A stretch of 61,569 nt of DNA, counting the filler, from Collodictyon triciliatum (lineage: Eukaryota), in NCBI GenBank assembly GCA_043381765.1. It is 5 parts of 5 records of this genome, joined end to end, with 100 filler letters (N's around TTAATTAATTAA, not from the genome) between each part and the next. Parts side by side here need not be neighbours in the genome. Positions count along the whole stretch, not along the records: positions 1 to 14,123 come from JBHJMP010001869.1; 4 more parts are not named here. One strand, written 5' to 3'. The notes beneath the pieces were generated by a model that saw only the letters and a program-made list of their open reading frames with translations, searched no databases and was not told where the DNA came from. The translations under genes and the position numbers were made by a program. Below, piece after piece: positions 1-12,602 of the stretch (position 1 is its first letter; the number at the start of each line of letters is the position of its first letter).

Positions 1-1618
1 ATAGCGATATGTGCCTGCAGTGCTTTCAAGAGCAACAATCAGCAGTGAAATGTATCAAAGTGCTTTGATTTACTGGTTTTTTTAGATCACGGACTGCATC
101 CCTTTCCACCAGATATCTGAATGGATAAGGTCGATATGTGGGCAATTTGATGCGCACAATATTACTTTTCTCTTCAACTAATACAATGCGATATTCTGGT
201 GCTTTCGTCTTGTATTGTATGTGAATGTTAATGTTAATGTACTTTCCATAGATGCACATTTAATTAAGTGCAGCTGTAATATTTCCCTCTGTTCAAAGAC
301 CGTTACAAATAAAAAAATGATGAAAAATCGATGAAGAGTTGATAATATTATGGAAGAGATGGATTGGGTTGCAGTATTAGAAAACAATATATATATATTT
401 ATATATATTACAGGCTATTTTTACTTTCAAGAACAATCACAAAGCCGCTTATTCAGTTAACCAAGACACTAGCCCCATTTTTTCCCCTTCAATCCGTCCA
501 CATTTTTCTATAATCTTTACTTTGAATTTCCAGTGCGACTAAAATTTCCTATGAAAAGAACAAAATTTGAAATGCCTTTTTCTTTTTCTACCAAACTCCG
601 ACTCATTTTTAATGGAAACAAACAAAAACAAACGAAAAAACCTGTTCCGAGCCTTTAATAAACAGACCGGCTCACCAATGTTTATAGCAGATCAACTCCA
701 TCGACTCCATCGCATAATCAGTCAAGAACAAAAGCCAAAGACCGGCACAACAAAACTGATCTATTGGATCCCTTTTGCTTGGACACTCATTATTTTTAAC
801 AAAACACAAATAAAAACCACCGATCAACATAAGACCAAGCAAACTGAATAATACAACATGAAAACATAGCTTTATTTTCTATAAAAAGCGGAGGTTTAAA
901 CCTAAGCAAGTATTTTACCTATGTCAGAAAGTCAGAAGACTTGATCGAGAATAATGGGGTAGTCTATCAAAAGCTGGCAAATAAAAATAAAAGAAAAGAA
1001 ACAAGAACGGGCCAGAGATGAGTCCCTTCAACAAAACTTTATGTGATTGGCTCTAGTCTTGCCCTGCATAATCCCTGTGTTATGTTGCGCATCAACCGAC
1101 CAAAACTCAAAACTCAAAACACATGAAAACTTATTTACATATCCAAATAACATTAGATTCAACTATTCCTCCCTCCTGCAAAGGTTTTAGGGCCCTTATA
1201 ATTACGAATATTCGCAAGTCAAGAACTGGCATCTTCCGGATTTCCGAGCCTTTCTTTTGCAAAGATTGTTGGCCACGCATACACACTATGTGAAATATCC
1301 CTTGATTCTATTTTTTTTATCGAAGCTTTAGCTGATTATTCAATTCGCTGTTTCTAAGAATGTTAAGTGACTTCTATTCCAACCTCATGCGGTTTGTGAT
1401 GCTTTCCAGGAGCTTCGGGGCGATTGAATCTCTGGTTGCTCTGCCCACAGTAAGATCACTTCGATGGAGATCCTTCAAACGTAGACTTTAAGAACGTCTC
1501 TTAGATCTTGGATTTGCTTTCAGGTTGGTTTTGATATGTTTGCTCTTCTCTTCTCAACTCGACCTTTTTCTTGGGATTCGCCTATTGGTGGAAAAAATAA
1601 ATCCCTTGTTTATACATA

Positions 1619-1885
1619 TTTTCCTTTATTCGATACAAGTGAATGAAGGAGTTTTTTAAAATTTTTACAGGACGCCGTAGTTTTTGCTTCTTGGTTGAAA
1701 GCAGTGACACGAGTCGGTTAAGGGGTTCAGGCCAGCAGCGTACGGAATCTGGATTTGTGGCTCGTCAATATACAACCGATAGGGTCGAGAATAGTTGCAA
1801 CCTTTAAGAGGTGCGAGTACCAGGGACTCCGACCTCAATTTGATCGGAGGCCAAACTCTCCCTGGGGCGAAAGTGCACGCGACTA
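1619..1885 (-). mobile_element. Dispersed retroelement family B copy
   Basis: Aligns with 49573-49835, 54545-54795, 56765-56893; 3' end CACTTGTATCGAATAAAGGAAAA. Confidence 0.65.
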
Positions 1886-2476
1886 CCCTGCTCTCCTTTA
1901 CTATCAGATTCCTTATATCGTTCATTCTATTCGACTCCAAATCCAATACCCTTGATTTATGCATGTCTAGTATTCAACGGATAACATATAGCAACCGACA
2001 AACCAGCATAACTTCTTCAGCATAGGCATTAGCGGAACCGGCAAGAATATTGTTAATTATTTTTGCAGACTCCGAAGAAATATACTTTTATTTTTTGAAT
2101 TAGCGACTACAGTATAAGTCAAAATTTTGGAAATATAGGTAATGAATTATCCATTCTAGTAGTCCGAAGACCGTCGTCCGTTCAACTCGACTCCTTGAAT
2201 CTCAAAATCATACTTTAATCAACCAGATTCAGGTATGACACATATTTAGGAATTTCTCTACATGTATTTTTATGACTAAGTAAACGGTAGATTATGATTC
2301 TTTGCTATCTTAATTTTTACCTTTACTTTTCATAGGGCATAGATGATATTGAATGATGTATGAATTAAAAATAGCCAAGTTGGAAAAATCAATCATGAGT
2401 TAATTAACGTTATTAAAGGGGGTTTCATTGAAACAAAAAAATCTATACAGTCAATACAAAATTTTCGACTATTTAT

Positions 2477-2659
2477 TTATTCTTCCATTCCATTTTGTGC
2501 AAGATGGTGGAGATGCTGGCTTTGGTTCGCTAGCCATCGTTTGCATGGACGCTACTTGGTGGCCGGGTGGCGGAGATGAAGTAGTCGGTATTCAGGAATT
2601 GCATCCTGCAGTTTGGCCTGTGGTCTGGGTCTTGTGCTTGCATAAGGAGGAAGACCAGC
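2477..2659 (-). mobile_element. 5'-truncated LINE family A 3' end with 21-bp TSD
   Basis: TSD ACAAAATTTTC(G/A)ACTATTTAT at 2456-2476 and 2660-2680; (AATA)n tail; matches 19857-19960; absent from the paralogue. Confidence 0.88.
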
Positions 2660-5600
2660 ACAAAATTTTCAACTATTTATATATCTTGATTATTTCTCAG
2701 GATGAACTCAAAAAAAACATTTATAATAGCACCTCACGAACTTTCAGAAAGGGCCCATCTGTCATACCATTACATCGTACAAGGAACTCTGGAGCTCTCA
2801 TTTTTTGGTGATAAACAAGTCATACAGTAAGTTGACCAAGCCAATTCATAGCATCGAAAGGAAATTTATTTATTTCAAGGATTCAAGTTCCATGAATCTA
2901 ATTTTTACAATAATTAAAAAAACTCATGATTAAAACTTTGAGGGCATTACAAAGAATAGTGCAATCTTTGGGCCAGATTGACCAAGAATCTGATAGCAAA
3001 AAAGTATGATTCTTGTCTAATTTTACCTTCTAATTCTCATCATAATTGAAAAGCACGAAAAATTTTAAATTTATATGACAGAAAATTCGTCACATGTTTG
3101 ATATTCAAAGGTAGAAAAACCAAATACGCACATTCTAAGTACATGTGCGTATAGCCTAATTTTTAGCAGATTATCAATCAAACTTCATTCTTAATTCAGG
3201 TCTCGTTTTGATAAATGGTTCAATCTGACAACTTCATGGAATAGCTGAAAAATCGCATTATTTTATTCAATCTACCATATTAAGCATTAGTTATTCATTT
3301 TGAAATAGAAACTGGTCGAACTGAAGTCATAGACAAAACTCAGATACAGTTGCAAATGGAAGGGACAAAAGACAAAATCCGTGGGAAAGGGAACTGTTTC
3401 GATCTACTACTTGGAGGAGGGGGGTGGGGTGGTGGACCGGCGACTCCTAGTTTTCCCGATGGTCTGAAGTAAAGGTCTAAGAACGTACGGTGGGGGTGTT
3501 GTGTTGGGTTGTGTTGTGTGTGGAAGTAAGTATGTCTTTGTCCACTCATTCATGTCCAAAAATAAATAAATAAAATAATAATATATGCTGTAAATTTTTG
3601 TAATCAAAAGTCGTGTATCCTTTTTTTGCGGTAAGGAGACTTTATTTAATTTGAAAACATTGCCTATTTAACATATAAAATACAGCATTCATTAAGTCGA
3701 ATAGTTTATAATTAAAAATATTTACCTTGTAAAACTATTACTAATGATAGCACAAAAATCTATAAAATTAAGAATTATCATCGGAGTCTGGCCATGCTAG
3801 TTATTTCATTATTCAGTTGATAGATTTTATCCTACCATAAAATACATGGAATCAATATTTTAATATTTATATTATAATTGCCTCAGCTATATGTTTTCTA
3901 ATGAAGTTTAATCAAAGTGAATAGTCTGTCTAATGCATCTGCATCGCTACGTCGTTTATTTTTCAATAATCGTATTACATATCGCCTCATGAATATTAAA
4001 TCTACAAAAATCTTTAAATTACTTATCTACTAGAAAGTGTTTGTTATCTGCAGAATCTTGGTATCCGTATTTTACATTCCGTTTTAATTAAATCAATAGA
4101 TACACTTTTCCATCAAATGTGAATTTTAAAAAACCAAAAAACCAATATATGAACCATAATAATATCCAAATCGAAAACACATACCATATCCCCGCTAAAA
4201 ACCAGTTTGCCGCTGAATGATACACTACCCCTCCCCTTGACCGACCTGCAATCATTTGTCCACAGCTTCACGCCCATACCCCTCACCTAACTAGACCTTG
4301 TTCGTTTCTCCAAGTGAAATGATTTGTAGGTTTACTGCTCAATAAATAAACCTATCTGATAATTAATCATTGTTATATCATCTAAATTTGTTCAATATTA
4401 TTCCTTGGTTATTTAGATGTCGATTTATCAAATCCAACAAACATATCCCTCCCCCTTCCAATTCCAAATCAATCAGAGGTAATAAGAAAGCATACCGATA
4501 TTCGTTTTTGCGTTGCCCCCGACTAACCTATTGTTATGGTTAACGGTTCACGCCATTTTTTTCCCATTATTATCATTCACTTATATTTATAAAATCCTTT
4601 TTATGTATCCAAATATGTCCCGTATATTTCAGCTATTTATAGAATAATTTATTTATTTAATCCACCACATACATTATGATTTCTATAATTTTTTCATATT
4701 GATGATTCTATCATATTGTTCACTTTATTATGTTTGGTCAAAATAAGGCTGAGTACTAGAATTAAATACGATTGCAATTTAATTATTACTGTATTATCCA
4801 ACAATTTTCGACTAGGAACATTATCTCTGTATTGATGCACACGTAAAATACCTCAATGACTAAATTCTCAATTATAAATTACCTTTGAAACGATTGTGCT
4901 AGTAAATTTATTAATATTCAGACCTTTGTTACCTTTCTTGTAGTAATAATTATAATTTGTATCAAAATCATAGTACTAACCTTAGTGTAATAGACTTATT
5001 CTATTCAGAGCTCCAAAGAACCTTTATAGCACATAGTCTTCAAATTCTCAATGAAATATAGGATTTAAATACAACATATCACTATTAATAGTCATAATAA
5101 TAAAACAATTTTATCAGAGTGATTTGGTTTTGATTACTATAGCTGGTTTTTGTCTATGAATCATATTAATATGGTTACTGTGAAAAATATGTCCTTTAAA
5201 TATAGGTTAATTAAAAATCACTATATTTGGGACTTCTGATACTGAATGAGATAATAATTGTATGAATAATCAGATAAATAAATGCAAAATGATACGGGTT
5301 GTGAATCATGAAATCTATTAGAGATGGTATCCAATACTCACACAATATATTTTTATTCCTGAAATCAGTTAATAAAATTTTACCGAATATTAGGATGTAG
5401 TTCATCGCTTGAGCCCCTATTTTGTACATAGACGGTTATAATTCAAGGGATAACATATAATATGTAATTAATAATATAGTTAACCGAAAGACAATTTGCT
5501 AAGTTATATTTAATCATAATTTTAATTTCCAAACGGAGGTTATCGAAGCCATGTTCTAAAGAAAATCTTTTTGTTTGCTCCTATGATATTAATTCGATGT

Positions 5601-7184
5601 AGTCAAGCAAACAGGATTTTTTATCGTTGTATCAGAGTAAGTTATCTAACCATATGGATTTTATACAGTTATGAGTGTCTGATTAATTATAAGTATAAAT
5701 ATTATATGGAAACAATAAAACGATTTGAATCAGTATATCTCGATAAATATACACATTATGAGAATGAATAATTAATAATAGCTTGATTAATTTTTATTGG
5801 AATTTCTTGGTATTTATAGTTTTTCATTTAGAGGAATATTTATTTAAATGGTCAACAAATAAAGAAATTTTTCAAAGGATAACACTGGTTCTGGTAAAGA
5901 ATATTTTATGATATTATATTTTACAATATTCATCTGATAATGAATCTATTCATACTTGCTCATAAATTAATTATCAGATATATCGTTTTATTTTTAATAT
6001 TATTGTCATACATATCTCATAATTAATCAATATGCCAATCCATTAGTTATTAAAATTGTGCGTCATTAACCACTTCTTACTTTTAAACATTACATCATCC
6101 GCTCATCCAGTTTTGGATTGCTTAGAAAACAAAGAGATAATGTATGATATATTTTTGATCGATTAATTAAATATTGGACTTTTTGTGCATTAAGAATTCG
6201 TTTAAAAGAGAATATGATTAAAAAACAATTTATCAATTATTTCTTTACTTTATCAATATTTATATACAACAAAATTTGAAAAATGTAACCAAATAATTGG
6301 CACATGTCTCTTTGATAAAATTTTATTCATAATTTAAATATACATTTTATTTCATAATATTCAGAAAATATAACTGTTTTATCATATTTAATCCTTTTAA
6401 AATCGTGCAAATTGTTTGAATAATAATAATTAATTCTATATTTTTAATTATAGGTATGATATTATATTTTGATTTTAAAGTGCATATAATTGAATGAAAA
6501 AAGTGCTTTTGTGGCATCTTCGGCTATTTTGGTTATCACAATTTATTGATTTATAACTAAGACAAACCAAACCTATTCTTTTCGAACTGAGACATATATT
6601 ATTCTATCATATAAACTTAAACTTGATTTTCCTTTGATTTATTCTCATGTCCCAATAATAATGAGGCTAATTTACATGAGTCCCATAATTAATATTGTTT
6701 TCCGTATGTCGTAAATTGATATATTTGTTTTTAATGCATGATTCAACTAATAATTGATTAGTGATTTTCCTACAAGTATCAAATCAAAATATAATTATAA
6801 TTCATCCAAAAATGACCTTGCTAAAAAATAACCGAAGTCTAATGAATTTTTATCAGTTTTATCCTAATTTGTGAGTTGATATCGATTTAATTTGAGACGA
6901 CTGTTTTGTATTTCTAATACATATGAATTAATAGATGAAGTCACTATATAATAAAATAAAAAAGTCATGGTTATCAATGGATATGAAAAAGAGTATTTTA
7001 TAGATTTATCTATGAGTATTATTGAAGTTATGTGTAGATAATCTATCCATGTATTTTTGAATCAATCAATGATAATTGAGTAAAATGATTCAATATTTAA
7101 GTTTAAGAAAATGTGTTCATTGGGTATTACACCATTTCATAAAATTTTGTATAAATGTTTAAACACTCATCACATTAGTTTAGA

Positions 7185-10100
7185 ATGAGATTAAACTCAA
7201 AGTCGTTTGCAGCTCTGTTTCTGTTGGGTGAGTTTTACATTTTAATTGTTTTAATTTTATTGACTTCAAATTACATAGAATTTTAATTGATATATTTATA
7301 GGATTGATACTCCATTGCCAATTGTGTCTTGTTGAAGGGCAAGATGATTCGATTCGAACGTTGACTGGCCATAATGGTGGTGTTCGTAGTGTTGCCTCTA
7401 CTCCTGAAAGCTCAAAAATTGTGTCTGGAAGCTATGATAGAACAATCAAAATTTGGAATCTTTCTGATGGAGCTTTGATTCGCACGTTGACTGATCATAC
7501 CGGTGGTGTTAACAGTGTTGCTGTTACTCCTGATGGCTCAAAAATTGTTTCTGGAAGTGATGATAGTAAAATCAAAATCTGGAATCTTTCTGATGGAGCT
7601 TTGATTCGCACATTGACTGGTCATATTGATAGGGTTAACATTGTTGCTGTTACTCCTGATGGCTCAAAAATTGTTTCTGGGAGTTATGATAGTACAATCA
7701 AAATTTGGAATCTTTCTGATGGAGCTTTGATTCGCACATTGACTGGTCATTCAAGTAATATTGACTGTGTTGTTGTAACTCCTGATGGCTCAAAAATTGT
7801 TTCTGGAAGCTGGGATAATACAATCAAAATCTGGAATCTTTCTGACGGAACTTTGATTCGCACATTGACTGGTCATGACTATGGTGTTAACAGTGTTGCT
7901 GTTACTCCTGATGGTTCAAAAATTGTTTCTGGAGGTGGTAGTTATTATGAAAATCCAATCAAAATTTGGAATCTTTCTGATGGAGCTTTGATTCGTACAT
8001 TGACTGGTCATACTGATTGGGTTCGTAGTGTTGCTGTTACTCCTGATGGCTCAAAAATTGTTTCTGGAGGTGAGGATAATACAATCAAAATCTGGAATCT
8101 ATCTGATGGGTCTTTGATTCGTACATTGACTGGTCATACTACTTGGGTTGTGAGTGTTGCTGTTACTCCTGATGGCTCAAAAATTGTTTCTGGTGGTGGT
8201 GATTGGTCAGTCAAAATCTGGGGACTTTGTGTCGCTGGTCAGTTCTATGATTCAGATTCAAAGTCTTGTCAACTGTGCCCTTCTGGAAGCTATAGTGCTG
8301 GAGGAAAGTCATCTTGTTCTTTATGTCCTGCCGGTACATACAATCCATCTACTGGACAAACAAGCTCTGCTTCCTGCATTTTTTGCCAAGAAGGAAAATA
8401 TAGCAACAAGACAGGTCAGGCATCATGCCTTAATTGCGAACCAGGAACATACACTAATATACGAGGACAGCCATTATGTTTTGACTGCCCATTAGGTTTC
8501 TACAATCAGGAATCAGGAAAAACATTTTGCACACCATGCGGCCCAGGAACGTACTCGAATTCGACAAAAGGGAAATCTTGTGAAAAATGTCCAGCCGGGA
8601 CTTTTAATCCAAATGTTGCATCTTCTAGTGTTAGCAGCTGCTTTCCATGTCCATTAGGAAGATTTTCATCAAAAACAGGTGAATCAACATGCGAACTTTG
8701 TCAATCTGGTTCTTACAATGCAAACCTTGGTCAGACTGGGTGCACCAATTGTACTGATGGAACTTACAATCCGAGATTTGGTTCATCAAGCAACGCGTCA
8801 TGCCTTGAGTGCCCTCAAGGAACGTATGGTAATGAACAAAGAGATGAATGTTTATCTTGTCCAGCTGGTACATTCAATAATAAAACTGGCTCATTTGATG
8901 AATCATCGTGCATTTCATGTGCAAATGGAAGTTACAGCTCAGAAAGAAGCGCATCATGCAGCTTATGTCTATCAGGATTCTATCAAAAAGAAGGCACCAT
9001 AAAAGACTCAAGCTCATGCTATGCTTGTTCAAAAGGCAAATTCAACTCAAACTCTGGCTCATATGGAAACGCATCTTGCGTTGAATGTCCACAAGGCACT
9101 TGGAACGATAGAGAGGGTCAAGCGTCATGCACATCATGTCCGCCTGGTACATTCAACAACAAAATTGGCTCATATAATCAATCATCCTGCATATCATGCG
9201 TGAACGGAAGCTACAGCTCAGAAAGAAGCTCGTCATGCAGCCTATGTTTATCAGGATTCTATCAAAAAGAAGGCACCATAAAAGACTCAAGCTCATGCTA
9301 TGCTTGTCCAAAAGGAACATTCAACTCAAACTCCAGCTCATATGGAGACTCATCATGTATCGAATGTCCGCAAGGTACTTGGAATGACAGAGATGGTCAA
9401 GCATCATGCACATCATGTCCAGCTGGGACATTCAACAATAAAACTGGCTCATTTGATGAATCATCATGTATCTCTTGCGCAAATGGAAGCTACAGCTCAG
9501 AAAGAAGCTCATCATGCAGTCTCTGCTTATCAGGATTCTATCAAAAAGAAGGCACCATAAAAGATTCAAAATCATGCCATTATTGTCCAAAAGGCACATT
9601 CAACTCAAACTCCGGCTCATATGGAAATAAATCATGTATCGAATGTCCACAAGGTACTTGGAATGATAGAGATGGTCAAGCATCATGCACATCCTGTCCA
9701 GCTGGTACATTCAACAATAAAACTGGCTCACACAATCAATCATCATGCATTGAATGTCCAGATGGAAGCTACAGCTCAGAAAAAAGTGCTTCATGCAGTT
9801 TGTGTTCCTCAGGATTTTATCAAAAAGAAGGAATCATAAAAGACTCACAATCACGCTACGCTTGTCCAAAAGGCACATTCAACTCAAACTCCGGCTCATA
9901 TGGAAACAAATCATGTACTGAATGTCCACAAGGTACTTGGAATGATAGAGATGGTCAAGCATCATGCACATCGTGTCCAGCTGGTGCATTCAACAATAAA
10001 ACTGGCTCATTCGACCAATCGTCATGCATTTCATGTCAAAGAGGAAGCTACAGCTCAATTGGAAGCGCATCATGCAGTCTATGTTCATCAGGATTCTATC

Positions 10101-12298
10101 AAAAAGAAGATATCATAAAAGACTCAAAATCATGCTATGCTTGTCCAAAAGGCACATTCAACTCAAATTCCGGCTCATATGGAAACAAATCATGCATTGA
10201 ATGTCCACAAGGCACTTGGAGTGATAATAATGGTCAGGCATCATGCACATCATGTCCAGCTGGAACATTTAATATTGAAACTGGTTCAATTAATCAATTA
10301 AGTTGTATTCTATGTTCCAAAGGTAGATTCAGCTCCGAAAGGAGTTTTTCTTGTAATTTCTGTCCAACTCGGTCAACCACAGAAAGAGAAGGTTCTGCAT
10401 CAATCGATGACTGCAAATGCCTAGATACATATGTGTCACATGACGGCATTTGCACATGTCCTCCAGGAAAATTCGAGGATGAAAATAAATGCGTTCCTTG
10501 TCGGATTGGTTCTTTTAAAAATACAAATGATACTAATTTTTGTTTTTCGTGTGGTGATAAATCCACAACAAAAAATAATGGTTCGCAGACTTCGACAGAT
10601 TGCGAATGTAAAACAGGATTCGATTTTATTAAATCTACTTCGACCTGCGAATGCAAACCTGGATGGTACGAAAAGCTAGAGGAATGTTTCAAGTGTTCTC
10701 CTGGAACATACAATGAAAATTACGGTCAAACACTGTGTAAAGAATGTCCAATTAATTCATTTACCAATATGACTGGCTCAATATCTATTTCAGAGTGCAA
10801 GTGCCTTCCATCAACATATCTTGACTCAAATATCAAGCAGTGTAAGTCTTGTCCAATAGGATTTATATGCGACGGAAGCAGTAGTCTTAATGTTGCACCT
10901 GGTTATTGGAAAGCGCCGACATCAAATGGAGAATATATTGCTTATAAGTGCCTGAATCAAGATGCATGTAATGGAGGAAACAATACCTGTGCCGATGGAT
11001 ATACTGGAGCTTTATGCAGCGTCTGCGAACCGGGATACGGGAAAACAGGAGATTTCTGCACAATTTGCCCATCAAGAGAAATCAATGGATGCCTTGTTTT
11101 TTTTAGCATTATCATTCCTATTTCCTTTGTCTTTTTTATGATTGAACAATCTAAGCAAACGAAGACTGGAAATATTCAAATTCTGAAATCTCTCTCCACA
11201 CACTACCAAGTTTTATCATATTTGGCAAACTTCGATGTAAACTGGAGCTCTACTTTAATCTCAGCTATGAAGATTCCAGCTCTGTTCTCATTTTCTCTTT
11301 CTATCGATAGCTACCCAATAGAATGTCAATTTGATATATCGATCTATGAAAAAATAGTATATTCGATTTTAACTCCAATTATATTGACAATTATCGTAAT
11401 TTTTATTGTTTTAATGAAGATTTCATGGCAGTGGTACAAGGAGGAAATTTCGAAGCAAGATATTACCATGAGAAGTATTAAGCATGAAATTACATACTCT
11501 ATGCTGGTTATGCTTTTCTTTGTTCATCCTTCAATTACATCTACCATCTCTGTAATATTTCCTTGTGAAAAACTTGGAGAAAATAGCTACCTTAAAGTAG
11601 ATATGTCAATTATTTGCGATGATTCAACATACTTATCATGGAGAAATATATCCCTGTCTTTTTTGGTCTTCTACTGTATCGGAGGTCCTACATTGATTTT
11701 GATAAGAATAATTCAAAAGAGAAGTTCTTTAAACAACCCAACTTCGAACACTTATGCTCTTTTAAGATTCTTGGTCGATGGATACACTGAAAAATGTCAA
11801 TACTGGGAAGTTATCATGATGATGCAAAAGCTGATAATTGTGATGATAAGCGCATTCTTTCCTGCGTCATTGCAAATCTACTTTGGTTTGTGGCTCCTAT
11901 TTCTAATGATAGCCTCGACGATTTATTTTCAACCTTATATATCAAATGTACTGAGGAAGTCGCAATTACAATCACTTTTGGTCCTCTATTTTACCTTGAT
12001 GCTTAGTTTACTTTTCCGATATAACAATTTGAATCAAAAAACCGAAGTTGTGTTAATGCTTTTGGTTGTCATTCTGAACGGAGGGATAGGAGTTGTTTTC
12101 CTATCAAAGGCAGGCCCTGTTGTTTTGAGATTAGCCCTCACCAAATTTTTATATTCGTTTGATTTCATATGGGAACTTACTGGTGCGAAATATGTATATT
12201 TGCAAATCATAAGAAAAATCACGGGAGAAAAAAAAAATGGAATCGTCGAAATGCATAGTATACCAAATACATCAGCTGTTGGTGTGTGCTCCATTTGA
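7185..12298 (+). CDS. Signal peptide + 7 WD40 repeats + long Cys-rich (GCC2/GCC3, ephrin-receptor-like) stalk + ~9-TM C-terminal domain; putative cell-surface receptor, ~1680 aa
   Basis: Exon 1 7185-7227 (MRLNSKSFAALFLLG), GT-AG intron 7228-7301, exon 2 7302-12298 in frame (ORF track 7304..12298). GH...W WD40 repeats; CPxGTY/F-type repeats; hydrophobic C-terminus with GYxxxxxYWE and FQPY motifs. Confidence 0.9.
7355..8222 (+). repeat. Seven near-identical 126-bp WD40-coding tandem repeats (fifth unit 135 bp)
   Basis: Unit starts at 7355, 7481, 7607, 7733, 7859, 7994, 8120; near-invariant core ACTCCTGATGGCTCAAAAATTGTTTCTGG. Confidence 0.95.
8858..10260 (+). repeat. Five 279-bp (93-aa) higher-order Cys-rich coding repeats
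   Basis: TGTCC(A/G)(G/C)CTGG recurs at 279-bp spacing: 8858, 9137, 9416, 9695, 9974, 10253. Confidence 0.9.
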
Positions 12299-12602
12299 AT
12301 TCGTAATCTGAGAGCTACAAAATAATGGATAGTACTCTGCTTCATACCCAACTTTTAAAAGTTTAAAATTTAAGTCTCTTTGATTGATAATGTCTTTTTC
12401 ATAGATAAATTTTTTTTTTGACTTTTGTTTTACTTTTTATGCTTTATTAGCCTTTTTTTCCTTTTAATTGATATAAGTTTAAGAAATTAAGGTTATATAA
12501 GGGAGCGAGAAAGGTGCGCATGATAGAGAACAGACTATATCAGAAGACACTGCCGTGAAGATGCAGCCATTAGAAAGAAATCTATGATAGCAAGTTGCAC
12601 AG

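Larger units (their letters stand above)
1..4570. pseudogene. Decayed segment, inverted paralogue of 44320-49190
   Basis: Collinear matching blocks, e.g. 1-300 vs 48890-49188, 1530-1600 vs 47450-47530, 2150-2245 vs 46500-46595, 3200-3550 vs 45270-45610, 4222-4238 vs 44662-44680. Stops and frameshifts in all frames; hydrophobic peptide remnants. Confidence 0.65.

Noticed and set aside
3615-3624. U12-type donor GTATCCTTT
   Set aside because: Lies in decayed sequence with no definable exon or U12 branch point.
7355-8222. CRISPR-like repeat-spacer array
   Set aside because: 126-bp in-frame coding WD40 repeats in a eukaryotic gene; no cas genes.
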